Below, piece by piece: positions 10,071 to 19,838 of a stretch of DNA of 64,000 nt. The translations under genes and the position numbers were made by a program. Positions within the stretch are counted from its first letter, which is position 1. Every line of letters starts with the position of its first letter. The stretch is from Dehalococcoidia bacterium (GTDB lineage Bacteria; Chloroflexota; Dehalococcoidia; Lucifugimonadales; CAYTFF01). The DNA lies in contig OZ252215.1 in the NCBI GenBank assembly GCA_965249025.1, positions 1,471,783 to 1,535,782 on the forward strand, in the 5' to 3' direction. The notes below the pieces were generated by a model. That model made no database searches, had not been told where the DNA came from, and saw nothing but the letters and a program-made list of their open reading frames with translations.

Positions 10071-10107
10071 GGTGTTGCTAGTAAAGAGCAAGAATCACAG
10101 GTACATA

Positions 10108-10133
10108 GTGAAGAGGGATAAAGCCCTCTTCAC
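10108..10133. terminator. bidirectional stem-loop between convergent mdh and the NUDIX gene
   Basis: GTGAAGAGGG-ATAAAG-CCCTCTTCAC forms a perfect 10-bp stem. It overlaps the NUDIX stop codon. The U-tract is weak. Confidence 0.45.
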
Positions 10134-10711
10134 TGGCGTTTGTTAGACAGATTCAACTGGTCATCAAACAGGTAAAGAGCCATCAACAGAGCCGCAATAC
10201 TCTTGCCGTCTCTTATCTCGCCATCCACTATCATGCGAGATACTTGGTTCAAAGGTACCTTCACTACCTCTATATCTTCGTCGTCGTCCTGGTTCACGGT
10301 GCCACGACGCAGTTCAGTCGCGACGTAGGCATACATGTATTCGGTGCAGAATCCGGGGGCTATCCAAAAGCTGCCAATACGCCTCATATCACCAGCTATA
10401 TAACCTGTCTCCTCCTCAAGCTCACGCCGAGCGCAAACATCCGGGTCCTCTCCATCCTCTAGGGTACCTGCGGTAGCCTCCAGCAGGAACTCTCCCGTAG
10501 GTTTTCTAAACTGTCGCACAAGTATCGCCTGGCCCTTATCGTCCAAGGCCACTATGACTACTGAGCCATTATGCTCTACGATTTCCCGTTTTGCCTCGCC
10601 CCCGTCTGGAAGTCTTACCGTATCTACCCTTAGGTTGAGAATCCGCCCCTTATATACGGAATGACTATCTACAGTTTCTTCTGGCTTCACAGGTAAGTTA
10701 TCCATCGTCAC
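10130..10711 (-). CDS. NUDIX hydrolase (ADP-ribose pyrophosphatase-like)
   Basis: 193 aa with the Nudix box GTLEDGEDPDVCARRELEEETGY. Confidence 0.85.
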   Translation of the reverse strand: MTMDNLPVKPEETVDSHSVYKGRILNLRVDTVRLPDGGEAKREIVEHNGSVVIVALDDKGQAILVRQFRKPTGEFLLEATAGTLEDGEDPDVCARRELEEETGYIAGDMRRIGSFWIAPGFCTEYMYAYVATELRRGTVNQDDDEDIEVVKVPLNQVSRMIVDGEIRDGKSIAALLMALYLFDDQLNLSNKRQ

Positions 10712-11586
10712 GAGTTACTATTTCCGGGCACATTTGGTAAACCCACTCCAAGTCGCCTCGTCAAACTTGCATAATAATTACTCTTGGGATGCCCCCGTAG
10801 GAACCGGGCTAAATGTGGGCTTTTCTTGATTGACACTCTATCACCAGGAGATAGGTCGAACTGTAAATAGCCATCTATGCTAAGTATAGCCTGGTAAGGC
10901 CCCTTCAATATCAACTCAATGGAAGCCTCTGCTGGGATCACCAGGCAAGAACTCATACACAAATGGGAGGCAACCGGCTGAATGATGATGCCTCCCACCT
11001 GCGGATGCAGAATGGCGCCCCCCGCGGAAAGAGCGTATCCCGTACTGCCAGTCGGCGTGGCGACGATTAGAGCATCGGCTCTATAAGTGGCCAGCAAAGC
11101 TTCATCAATTCGGGTTTCTATGTCAATCAGATTGGAAACAGTGCCTCGGCCGAGCACTATATCGTTCAGGGCATGGACAGTCTCAAGTTCTTTTGTAGAA
11201 TTCCCACGGTTCTCTGAGGATACACTGGCCGTAAGCATAATGCGTTCCTCTACCCAGGAATCACCGTTTATGTAGTGAGGTATCTTGTCTAAGGCTTGGT
11301 CCGCCCTGATTTCAGCGATGAATCCCACCCGCCCCAGGTTAACGCCCAATATTGGAACCTCATAGAGAGACACAACCCGCGCAGCTCTAAGGATGGTGCC
11401 ATCTCCTCCTAATGTAATAACCAGAGAGCTTTGAGACATCTGCTCATGGAAGGCGTCTAACTCCAAGGCAGAGGCTATCCATGGTCTTCTAAGGCCAAGG
11501 GTGTCTACAATAACACCAGCCAATTTCTTAGCCTCATCTATTCTAGGACTATAGATCAGGCCAATAGCTTGTTCTTGACTACTCAC
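10708..11586 (-). CDS. nadK: NAD(+) kinase
   Basis: 292 aa. GGDGTILRAAR, the conserved NDIV region and TPTGSTGYALSAGG are present. A 4-nt overlap links it to the NUDIX gene. Confidence 0.9.
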   Translation of the reverse strand: MSSQEQAIGLIYSPRIDEAKKLAGVIVDTLGLRRPWIASALELDAFHEQMSQSSLVITLGGDGTILRAARVVSLYEVPILGVNLGRVGFIAEIRADQALDKIPHYINGDSWVEERIMLTASVSSENRGNSTKELETVHALNDIVLGRGTVSNLIDIETRIDEALLATYRADALIVATPTGSTGYALSAGGAILHPQVGGIIIQPVASHLCMSSCLVIPAEASIELILKGPYQAILSIDGYLQFDLSPGDRVSIKKSPHLARFLRGHPKSNYYASLTRRLGVGLPNVPGNSNS

Positions 11587-11742
11587 GAACTTCCCTTAAA
11601 CTCTTGCCCCATAATCTATCGCGATTAGCGGGCCATAATCTTCGCCGAAAACAATCGACTGCCACCGGTAAGAGATGTCCTAAAATACCTCGTAGCAAAG
11701 GGGAGTCTAGCATTGGGTATTGTAACTGTCAACGAATAGAGG

Positions 11743-13245
11743 TCACGAAGAGGCTCTAGGCAACAATATGTCTGCGGCCCTCTCTGCCAAACGTAGAAGG
11801 GGCGTGGGAATAATCCCTAAGAATGCTACTGAAACCGAAGTGACGGCGATTGCAAGCCTAATTGGGGCAGAAGAGGGAACAGCCTCTTCCGATAGCGGAA
11901 GTGAAAGATACATCACCCTGACCACTCGTAAGTAGTAATATGCTGAGAGCACACTGTTAATCACCCCGACCAAGGCAAGCCATGCAAGGTCGCTCTTGAT
12001 CGCAGCGCCAAAGATATAGACCTTGGCCATAAAACCAGCAGTGGGTGGCACACCAATAAGAGAGAGCATAGAAAGAGCAAGCACCAGAGCCAAGATGGGT
12101 GCCCGTTTACTCATGCCAGCGTAGCCGCTGATGGAGTCGCTGCCAATCTTGTTAGAGATGGCAATAATGGCAAAAAAGGCTGCTAGATTGGTAACGGCAT
12201 AAGCGCCCAAATAAAAGAGAACGCCTGTGGGGCCTATGGTTGCATCCCCTGGTGCGCGAGCAATAGCCGCCAAGCCAATCATCAGATACCCAGCATGGGC
12301 CACAGTACTAAAAGCCAGCATTCGCTTTATGTTACTTTGTATTATGGCAACCAAATTGCCGACAGACATGGACAGTACGCTGAGGATCGCAAATATAGCA
12401 GACCACTGGGAGCTAAGCATGTCCATCGGAAAGGCAACGTAAAAGATTCGAAGAAGAATAGCGAAGCCCGCAGCTTTACTGGCTACAGAAAGATATGCCG
12501 TAATTGGCGTAGGAGCGCCTTCGTAGACGTCTGGGACCCACATCTGAAATGGCACAGAAGCAATTTTGAAACCAACCCCTGCTACCATTAACACCACTCC
12601 TAAAAGAACAGCATAACTTCCAAAGGGAACGTCAGCAAACAGGCCTATTCTCCCAAGTCTTTCCGCAATCTCCGCTAAATAAGTGGTCCCAGTAAATCCG
12701 AATATGAAAATCATCCCGTAAAGCAGCACGGCAGAGCTGACAGCGCTTAGAACCAGAAGCTTTATGCCAGCTTCGGCAGAGCGATCGTCCCTGGAAATGG
12801 CCACCAGGGCCACCATAGGCAAAGCGGTCAACTCCAAAGAAATATATATGGAGATCAACTCCACCGTAGAGGCTAGAAGCATCATACCCGTAGTGGAGAA
12901 TAAGATGAGAGCCAGGTACTCAGTACGGACCCGCTCGAACTTGGATATGTATTCGTTCGAGGCAAGGATGACAACGCCGACTACGCCTATGAACAGGAAC
13001 TTAAAAAAGAGGCTAAACCTATCTACTGCGAGGGTATTGAAGACCCCCATCATCTGGGAGGTGTCCTGATTGCCAAGGTCAACCCACAAAGCTATAGAGA
13101 AGCCCAAAGGTATTGCCAGTCCAATTAAAGATAGAGCAGTAATTATATTGCGATGCGATATAAACAGGCCCAAGAGTACTAAGGATATTCCTATGCCTGC
13201 AAGGCTTATCTCAGGAGATAAAAGATACAGGTCTCTAACGGTCAT
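11743..13245 (-). CDS. nuoN: NADH-quinone oxidoreductase subunit N
   Basis: 500-aa polytopic antiporter-like subunit and the last gene of the nuo operon. It overlaps nuoM by 4 nt. Confidence 0.85.
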   Translation of the reverse strand: MTVRDLYLLSPEISLAGIGISLVLLGLFISHRNIITALSLIGLAIPLGFSIALWVDLGNQDTSQMMGVFNTLAVDRFSLFFKFLFIGVVGVVILASNEYISKFERVRTEYLALILFSTTGMMLLASTVELISIYISLELTALPMVALVAISRDDRSAEAGIKLLVLSAVSSAVLLYGMIFIFGFTGTTYLAEIAERLGRIGLFADVPFGSYAVLLGVVLMVAGVGFKIASVPFQMWVPDVYEGAPTPITAYLSVASKAAGFAILLRIFYVAFPMDMLSSQWSAIFAILSVLSMSVGNLVAIIQSNIKRMLAFSTVAHAGYLMIGLAAIARAPGDATIGPTGVLFYLGAYAVTNLAAFFAIIAISNKIGSDSISGYAGMSKRAPILALVLALSMLSLIGVPPTAGFMAKVYIFGAAIKSDLAWLALVGVINSVLSAYYYLRVVRVMYLSLPLSEEAVPSSAPIRLAIAVTSVSVAFLGIIPTPLLRLAERAADILLPRASS

Positions 13246-14759
13246 GGTAAAGACACCCGTGCAAATTGCTGAAGAGACTCAACTATCGGCGATACGCCAA
13301 CATTCAAGGCATCGGTTATTATTGCTGGATAGATTCCAACGACAAAAATCGGAATGACCAGGACTGCTATGGGTACTACTTCCACAAAACTGGCATCCTG
13401 TACCCCAGAGAATCGAGATATCTCTGGGCCAAACAGAGTCCTCTGAATTGTCCATAGTATGTACCCAGTCGTTATAACTATACCAAATACGGCAAGAGCC
13501 GTAGCCCAACTCCATACAGAAAAGGTTCCAAGGAACACCGTCAACTCTGCAGGGAAGCCGCTAAGACCTGGTAAACCCAGAGAGGCCAGCCCAGCGACAA
13601 GAAAAGCAGTAGTCACTAAAGGCATACGACTAGCTAGGCCACCTAAATCAGGGATGTGTCGAGTATGCGCTTTGTCATATATCATGCCTACCAGAAGGAA
13701 TAGCAATCCAGTTATAATTCCATGAGCAAACATCTGAAGAGATGCCCCTGTCAATCCCACGGCAGAAACAGCGCCTTTCGCCCCCACTACGGATGAAATG
13801 CCAAGCAATACATAACCCATGTGACTGACGCTGCTGAAAGCAATCAGCCTCTTCAGATCAGTTTGTCTTAGAGTCACTATAGCCCCATACAGAACGCTAA
13901 TAGTAGCCAGAGTTGCAAGCAGCCAGGCAAACTCAGAAGCTTTTCCAGGGAATAGTCCAACGGCAAGACGAATCATCCCATATCCTCCCATCTTCAGGAG
14001 AACCCCGGCCAACAGAACGCTTACCGCTGTAGGAGCGTCTGTGTGAGCATCGGGTAGCCAAGTATGAAGGGGCCAAATAGGCAACTTAATAGCAAAGGCT
14101 ATAAAGAAGAAAGCAAACAGAGCGCCCGCCGGCATGAGAAGTTGAGGGGCGTGGGCAAGAGCAGCCGGCAGAGCCGTCATATCAAAGGTGCCGACAGAGA
14201 AAAACAGTACGAGTATGGCTACCAGCATAAAGGCGCTACCCAAGATGGTGAACATAACGAACTTCATAGCTGAATACTCTTTTCGACCACTACCCCATAT
14301 GGTGATAAGAAGGTACATGGGCAGAAGTTCCAGCTCCCAAAATATGAAGAAGAGCATCAAGTCCAGAGAGGCGAACACTCCCATAACCGCAGTTTGGATC
14401 ACCAAAAGCCAAATGAAGTACTCCTTTTGCCGAAGCTGTATATTCCAGGAGGCGAAGACGGCAGTCAATCCCAAAAGACCTGTCAAGAGGATCATAGGAG
14501 CGCTTAAGCCATCCACACCAAGGAAATACTCTATCCTGAATGACTCTACAGGCACCCAATTGGCAAACCGATCCACTAATTGAAAACCAGCCTGACTGCT
14601 GTCATATAGAGCAAATACGATGATGGCCAGTATCAGCTCCACTGCCGATACTGAAGCGGCCACGTACTTAACCCTTCTGCTTTCCAATGGCAGCAGCGCT
14701 ATCATCATAGCCCCAGCGACGGGTAGGAAAACTGCTGCCGTTAGCCAGCCATGAAACAT
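13242..14759 (-). CDS. nuoM: NADH-quinone oxidoreductase subunit M
   Basis: 505-aa antiporter-like subunit with WLPDAHTDAPTAVSVLLAGVLLKMGGYG. Confidence 0.9.
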   Translation of the reverse strand: MFHGWLTAAVFLPVAGAMMIALLPLESRRVKYVAASVSAVELILAIIVFALYDSSQAGFQLVDRFANWVPVESFRIEYFLGVDGLSAPMILLTGLLGLTAVFASWNIQLRQKEYFIWLLVIQTAVMGVFASLDLMLFFIFWELELLPMYLLITIWGSGRKEYSAMKFVMFTILGSAFMLVAILVLFFSVGTFDMTALPAALAHAPQLLMPAGALFAFFFIAFAIKLPIWPLHTWLPDAHTDAPTAVSVLLAGVLLKMGGYGMIRLAVGLFPGKASEFAWLLATLATISVLYGAIVTLRQTDLKRLIAFSSVSHMGYVLLGISSVVGAKGAVSAVGLTGASLQMFAHGIITGLLFLLVGMIYDKAHTRHIPDLGGLASRMPLVTTAFLVAGLASLGLPGLSGFPAELTVFLGTFSVWSWATALAVFGIVITTGYILWTIQRTLFGPEISRFSGVQDASFVEVVPIAVLVIPIFVVGIYPAIITDALNVGVSPIVESLQQFARVSLP

Positions 14760-14849
14760 CTATCTTCTCTCCAGCTAGTCTTCTCTTGCCATCTCGACAA
14801 ATGGATTCTCCTCAGTGCTGCGCTGTGATTGGAGTTTAGACATCTTGCC

Positions 14850-16856
14850 TCAACCCCAGATCAGGTAAATTCCAAAGATCACCAATATACCTATGGGTAT
14901 TCCCATAGCATATAGCTGAAGTTGGCCAGTCTGGGCCCTTACTACAACCCTTCCAGTATTGCGGCCAAACCAACCAATGTTATTCACAACCTTGTCCACT
15001 ATAGCCCTATCCGCCCAGTCCAAGGCGCCTGCAAAGGCCCTGTAAAAAACTCTGGTCGTTATATAATCCTCATACGCCTCGTCGAAGTAATACTTCCTGG
15101 ACAATATAGTGTACGCTCTATTCAGTCGACGCCCCATCGCTTCAGGTGATAGCTGTTTGGACTGGTACATTACGTATGCCAGACCTACTCCTGCTAAAGC
15201 TACCATGTTAGATACCACTGCAATACCCACATTAAACTCGGGGTGCAAAAAATGGTCCGCCAATTTAGTCGGGAGAACCTTTAATATGCCAGAGGGTACA
15301 AACTCGCTTATCCAGTGTATGGGTATAACGCCAAGGTTGATTGGCGGGTTTGCAATGAAACCTATGACTATAGAGGCTATTCCCAACAGAATCATCGGCA
15401 TTACCATGACCGCCGATGATTCGGCCAGGTGAACTCTGGAACTACCTTGATTCGTCCCCTCTTCAGCCTCTATTCCACCTTTGAATTCACTGTGAAAGGT
15501 AAGGAAAATAACACGGAATATGTAAAATGCCGTCATGAACACGGCTATGAGAGCTAGCCAGAAGACCAACTGGGCAACACCTGTCGTTGCCGCAAAGTCG
15601 CCAGCCCAGGCCTGTGCCAGAATCTCATCTTTGCTCCAGAAACCTGCCAGAGGAAATATGCCCGCCAGGCTAATCCCTGCGATCATGAAGGTCACGTAGG
15701 TCCAAGGCATATACCTCCGCAGCCCGCCCATGAACTGCATATTGAATGTCCCGCTTGCGTGATTCACACTCCCCGAACCTAGGAAAAGGAGGGCTTTAAA
15801 GAAAGCGTGTGTAAATAGATGGAAAATAGCAGCCCCATAGGCCCCAACTCCTAAAGCCAGCATCATGTAACCTAGCTGGCTTATGGTAGAGTAAGCCATA
15901 ACACGCTTGATATCGTTCATGACAAGGGCCATACTGGCAGCAAAAATGGCAGTAACCCCACCGATGATGGCTACGGTATTCATAGCTATATCAGAAGCGA
16001 CAAAAATTGGGAAAAGGCGGGCCACCAAAAATACCCCTGCAGTGACCATTGTAGCGGAATGGATTAGAGCGCTGACCGGCGTAGGGCCTTCCATAGCATC
16101 GGGCAGCCAGGTATGGAGAGGAAACTGGGCCGACTTCCCAACTGCCCCGGCAAAGACGCCGATTGCCAGCCATGTTATAGTGCCACTACCAATGACGCCT
16201 CCAAGGACTACGGCATGGTAAATATCTGGGATTTCAAGAGGGTTGAGTCCGTGGCTCGCAAAGCTATCCACATTGAAGAACAGGTATAGAATTGCTAAAA
16301 GAAGACCAAAGTCTCCCAATCGGGTGACGATAAATGCCTTCTTTGCAGCTGCTACCGCAGAAGGTCTGTGGTACCAGAATCCTATGAGAAGGTACGAACA
16401 TAGCCCCACAAGCTCCCAGAAGACAAAAAGCTGAATCATGTTGCGAGCCAGAACCAGACCGATCATGGAAGCAGTGAAGAGGGACATGAAGGCGAAGTAT
16501 CTGGCATAGCCTTTATCTCCGCGCATGTACCCCTGGGAGTATATCTGCACCATAAGGCTTATGGCGGTGACCACCACTAGCATGATGGCTGTAAGGGAGT
16601 CCATAAGTATACCCAGATTAATGTCCAGGTTACCTATGGTCATCCAAGAGTGTGGTTGCCAACCTATAGCCCCCTCATGGCCGGTGGTAGACTTAAGAGC
16701 CCACAAGGATAGAACCAGAGAGCCTGAAATGGTCAGGACGGTAGTGTACCCTGCTACTTTGGAGTACCGATTGAAAAAGGGCCTGATGATTAAAGCTATG
16801 ATTACAAATGAGGCCAGCGGCAAAAAGAATATGGCCCAGGCTGCAAATTCAGGCAT
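14850..16856 (-). CDS. nuoL: NADH-quinone oxidoreductase subunit L
   Basis: 668 aa. WLPDAMEGPTPVSALIHSATMVTAGV is present, and the long C-terminal extension is typical of NuoL. Confidence 0.9.
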   Translation of the reverse strand: MPEFAAWAIFFLPLASFVIIALIIRPFFNRYSKVAGYTTVLTISGSLVLSLWALKSTTGHEGAIGWQPHSWMTIGNLDINLGILMDSLTAIMLVVVTAISLMVQIYSQGYMRGDKGYARYFAFMSLFTASMIGLVLARNMIQLFVFWELVGLCSYLLIGFWYHRPSAVAAAKKAFIVTRLGDFGLLLAILYLFFNVDSFASHGLNPLEIPDIYHAVVLGGVIGSGTITWLAIGVFAGAVGKSAQFPLHTWLPDAMEGPTPVSALIHSATMVTAGVFLVARLFPIFVASDIAMNTVAIIGGVTAIFAASMALVMNDIKRVMAYSTISQLGYMMLALGVGAYGAAIFHLFTHAFFKALLFLGSGSVNHASGTFNMQFMGGLRRYMPWTYVTFMIAGISLAGIFPLAGFWSKDEILAQAWAGDFAATTGVAQLVFWLALIAVFMTAFYIFRVIFLTFHSEFKGGIEAEEGTNQGSSRVHLAESSAVMVMPMILLGIASIVIGFIANPPINLGVIPIHWISEFVPSGILKVLPTKLADHFLHPEFNVGIAVVSNMVALAGVGLAYVMYQSKQLSPEAMGRRLNRAYTILSRKYYFDEAYEDYITTRVFYRAFAGALDWADRAIVDKVVNNIGWFGRNTGRVVVRAQTGQLQLYAMGIPIGILVIFGIYLIWG

Positions 16857-17051
16857 CTAAAGCTTCCTCAATATTTCCTCTGCTACGTGTTCCCTACCCC
16901 TTGGCACCAGTATTCGAAACGGGACTCGCTCTCCCCAATCCGTGATGTCGCTCTCCGGAACAAGTTTAGTAGGAAGGCCTTCGCCTTCCAAAATGCTCTT
17001 CCACATTTCAGCGATCATCAAGTTGGGAGCCTTCTTAAAATCAACCCACAA
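16857..17051 (-). CDS. small hypothetical protein embedded in the nuo operon (DUF2007-like pattern)
   Basis: 64 aa. Its stop codon abuts the nuoL start (16857/16856). MIAEMWKSILEGEGLPTKLVPESD...FRILVPRGREHVAEEILRKL resembles the small alpha/beta 'putative signal transducing' DUF2007 pattern. This comes from memory of the family, not a search. Confidence 0.45.
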   Translation of the reverse strand: MWVDFKKAPNLMIAEMWKSILEGEGLPTKLVPESDITDWGERVPFRILVPRGREHVAEEILRKL

Positions 17052-17138
17052 GATCCTCTCCTATAAACGAATGCAACACTCCATTACGATGTAAAGTTCA
17101 AAGCCTTAACCGAAGAATCAAGGCACGATATTACAATC

Positions 17139-17492
17139 TCAATACTTCATCAAATTAATCTCAGTTACATCGGAGGTCTCTCTATTGCGATAAATGGCAA
17201 TGATGATAGCCAACCCCAGCGCCACCTCCGCAGCCGCAACGGTGATTATGAATACTGCAAAGATCTGGCCCGTAAGGAGAAATTGGAGAGCATCTTCCGA
17301 GGTAGACCCTGGGTTAGCAGCTAATGCAGCGGGCACCATGTACCTGGACATTGCTACAGCCGTGATGTTTACCGCGTTGAACATCAACTCCAAGCACATG
17401 AGCACGGCAATTGCATTCTTCTTGGTAACGACACCATAAAGACCGATGCAAAAAATAATGGCCGCTACTAAAAGTATCCTCTCTAAGGTCAT
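17139..17492 (-). CDS. nuoK: NADH-quinone oxidoreductase subunit K
   Basis: 117 aa, three TM helices, with the [10 protein letters not shown] motif. Confidence 0.85.
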   Translation of the reverse strand: MTLERILLVAAIIFCIGLYGVVTKKNAIAVLMCLELMFNAVNITAVAMSRYMVPAALAANPGSTSEDALQFLLTGQIFAVFIITVAAAEVALGLAIIIAIYRNRETSDVTEINLMKY

Positions 17493-17500
17493 ATCCTGCT

Positions 17501-18028
17501 CTACTCTTCCTTCACCAACATCAGCGCTCCAACTATAACCGCCAACAGGAGTAAAGACGCAGCTTCAAAGGGAAGCACAAAGTTCCTAATGAGTAGCCTA
17601 CCTATCCACGGAGTTGAGTTAGCGAAAACATTGTCAATCTCAGGCGACGGCGGCTCCGATAGGGTGATCCACTGGGTGCCCGCCACGACTACGAAGAGAA
17701 CCCCCAGAAGAAGAAACGCCAACGCCAAGGAGGGCAACTTCAACTGGTTGGAAGGATTCCCCCACTGCACATCCCTAGTCATTAGTATCGCAAAGACAAT
17801 CAGTACAGAAACGGCGCCAACATATATGAGGACTTGTACCACAGCCAGAAACTCAGCGCGCAACAAAACAAAAAAGGCAGCTACAGCCAGGAAGGACAGG
17901 ATGAGAAATAGAGCTGACCTGAGTATGTCTCTCGTCTGCACCACGGCCACCGCCGATACTACGCCTACAAATGCTACTACCCAAAATGCTATGTCAGCAA
18001 AGAGAGATGCTTCTACTGGTTGGGTCAT
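17501..18028 (-). CDS. nuoJ: NADH-quinone oxidoreductase subunit J
   Basis: ORF 17501-18040. The ATG at 18028 makes an ATGA overlap with the nuoI stop. Hydrophobic NuoJ-like sequence [23 protein letters not shown]. Confidence 0.8.
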   Translation of the reverse strand: MTQPVEASLFADIAFWVVAFVGVVSAVAVVQTRDILRSALFLILSFLAVAAFFVLLRAEFLAVVQVLIYVGAVSVLIVFAILMTRDVQWGNPSNQLKLPSLALAFLLLGVLFVVVAGTQWITLSEPPSPEIDNVFANSTPWIGRLLIRNFVLPFEAASLLLLAVIVGALMLVKEE

Positions 18029-18645
18029 CGCTCCACCCACTTCTCTTTCAGTCGTTCAGAGCTAGGCTCCTCAGAGCGTCCTACCTCTTCCCAAGAAAGC
18101 TCCTGACCGGAACGTGGATCGTACTCCCCTGATTCCAGCCGAGGCTTAGTTATCACACCCAACGTTTTCTGAGCGGCTGTAGTATGAGGATTGTACTTCT
18201 TAGCCTCAAGCTGAGGTCTAAACCAGGTGCTGGGAAGTTTGGGGGCTTTCCTCAGCCGATCCACCGAGATTACCAAATCCCCCCTTCTGAATTGCCCTTC
18301 TTCAAAGCCGCTTCCCATGAAGAGAGCATCATATGGGCATGCCTCCACACAAAGGCCGCAGAACATACACCGCCCAATGTCAATATCAAACACATCTATG
18401 GCATAGGCCTCACCCTCTTGTTTATGCTCGCCGCTAGGTTGAGTAACGATGCGTATGATACCTAGAGGACAGAATTTAGCACAGCTAGCACATCCAGTAC
18501 ATCGCTCCTCGTACCAGGTGAACTCTTCTCCCCTAAATCGAGGGTGCTGAGTAAGCCGTTCTTCCGGGTATTGAACAGTAAAGGGCTTCCTGATGAGATT
18601 CTTTATGGTGACGGTAAGTCCCTTAAACAAGCCTAATCCATACAT
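18025..18645 (-). CDS. nuoI: NADH-quinone oxidoreductase subunit I (2x[4Fe-4S])
   Basis: CTGCASCAKFCP and CMFCGLCVEACP are the two ferredoxin-type cluster motifs. There is an unusually long, roughly 60-aa C-terminal tail. Confidence 0.9.
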   Translation of the reverse strand: MYGLGLFKGLTVTIKNLIRKPFTVQYPEERLTQHPRFRGEEFTWYEERCTGCASCAKFCPLGIIRIVTQPSGEHKQEGEAYAIDVFDIDIGRCMFCGLCVEACPYDALFMGSGFEEGQFRRGDLVISVDRLRKAPKLPSTWFRPQLEAKKYNPHTTAAQKTLGVITKPRLESGEYDPRSGQELSWEEVGRSEEPSSERLKEKWVER

Positions 18646-18647
18646 AT

Positions 18648-19838
18648 CTACTCGCCCTCCTTAATGGAAAATGCCAACGGGGATGGAAGTGCCTTGACTC
18701 TCCTTAGTCTTTCTTGGCCAAGAACCATGGCGGCAAGCGCTACGGAGATCAGCATTATAGCCCAGTTTATAGCCACCATGACCCATAGTTGTCCTATGGA
18801 AGGACTTGGCCAAATCTGTACTTCGACCGCTGTGATAAACAAATTTACCAGAGCCAGGGGGAGTAGCCCCTTCCATGCGAGAGACAGTATCTGATCTATT
18901 CTAAGCCTTGGGAATGTGGCCCTTATCCATAAAAACAAGAATACAACGATGAATGTCTTCAGGAAAAACCACAGATGGGACGGCAGAACAGGACCCCTCC
19001 ATCCTTGTAGGAATATAGTGGCTACAATGGCTCCGTTCAATATAGGGGCCGCGAACTCTGCCAGGAATATCAAGCCGAATTTCATTCCACTGTATTCTGT
19101 CGTATGGCCTGCCACCAGCTCTGATTCCGCCTCCACAACGTCAAAAGGAGTCCGACTCATCTCAGCGGAGGCAGCCATCAAAAATACAAGAAACCCCAGA
19201 GGTTGCACCAACAAGAAGGGGATTCTCTGGTTGTCCACGATATCAATCAGAGACAATGAACCCGTCAATAGAAGTATGCCTACTATTGAGAGCGCCATAG
19301 GCACTTCGTAGCTTATGAGTTGCGCTACTCCTCTCATAGCGCCAAACAACGCATATTTATTTCCAGAGGCCCATCCAGCCATAAAAACGCCCAATGTGTT
19401 CACCGATGTGACAGCAATAATGAAGAGGATCCCTACATTCAAGTCAGCGATGAAAGAGTTCTTGCCGAAAGGGATAACCGCCAGCACCAGAACCCCAGGG
19501 ATGAACATCACAATAGGAGCTAGGTTGAACACCCATCTGTCGGCTCCAACGGGCACTATGTCCTCTTTGGTAAGAAGTTTGACAAGATCAGCTACAGGCT
19601 GGAGGAGACCAAATGGCCCCCATCTATTAGGGCCAATTCTCACCTGGAAACGCGCGAGAGCTCGCCGCTCAAACCAGGTGTACAGTGCGACCAAGACCAA
19701 AAACACGTTAATGATAACAACAGCAATGACTAAGCCCGTTAGGGAGTAGGCTAACCAGTCTAACGACTCTGGCAAGAAGCCATCAAACCAGAAGTAGATG
19801 TTCCTATAAAGTGAGCTGGTAGAGGTACTAGGTTCCAC
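18648..19838 (-). CDS. nuoH: NADH-quinone oxidoreductase subunit H
   Basis: 396 aa with a GTG start. FERRALARFQVRIGPNRWGPFGLLQPVADLVKLLTKED is the NuoH signature. Confidence 0.9.
   Translation of the reverse strand: MEPSTSTSSLYRNIYFWFDGFLPESLDWLAYSLTGLVIAVVIINVFLVLVALYTWFERRALARFQVRIGPNRWGPFGLLQPVADLVKLLTKEDIVPVGADRWVFNLAPIVMFIPGVLVLAVIPFGKNSFIADLNVGILFIIAVTSVNTLGVFMAGWASGNKYALFGAMRGVAQLISYEVPMALSIVGILLLTGSLSLIDIVDNQRIPFLLVQPLGFLVFLMAASAEMSRTPFDVVEAESELVAGHTTEYSGMKFGLIFLAEFAAPILNGAIVATIFLQGWRGPVLPSHLWFFLKTFIVVFLFLWIRATFPRLRIDQILSLAWKGLLPLALVNLFITAVEVQIWPSPSIGQLWVMVAINWAIMLISVALAAMVLGQERLRRVKALPSPLAFSIKEGE

Noticed and set aside
12227-19749. Numerous 60-160-aa ORFs on the plus strand inside nuoN/M/L/K/J/I/H (for example 12764-13069, 14188-14583, 15109-15432, 17589-18065, 18916-19311, 19315-19749)
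   Set aside because: All are antisense shadows of long, motif-bearing nuo genes. Their sequences are low-complexity (Ser/Thr/Ala/Arg-rich), they lack an RBS, and they overlap one another.
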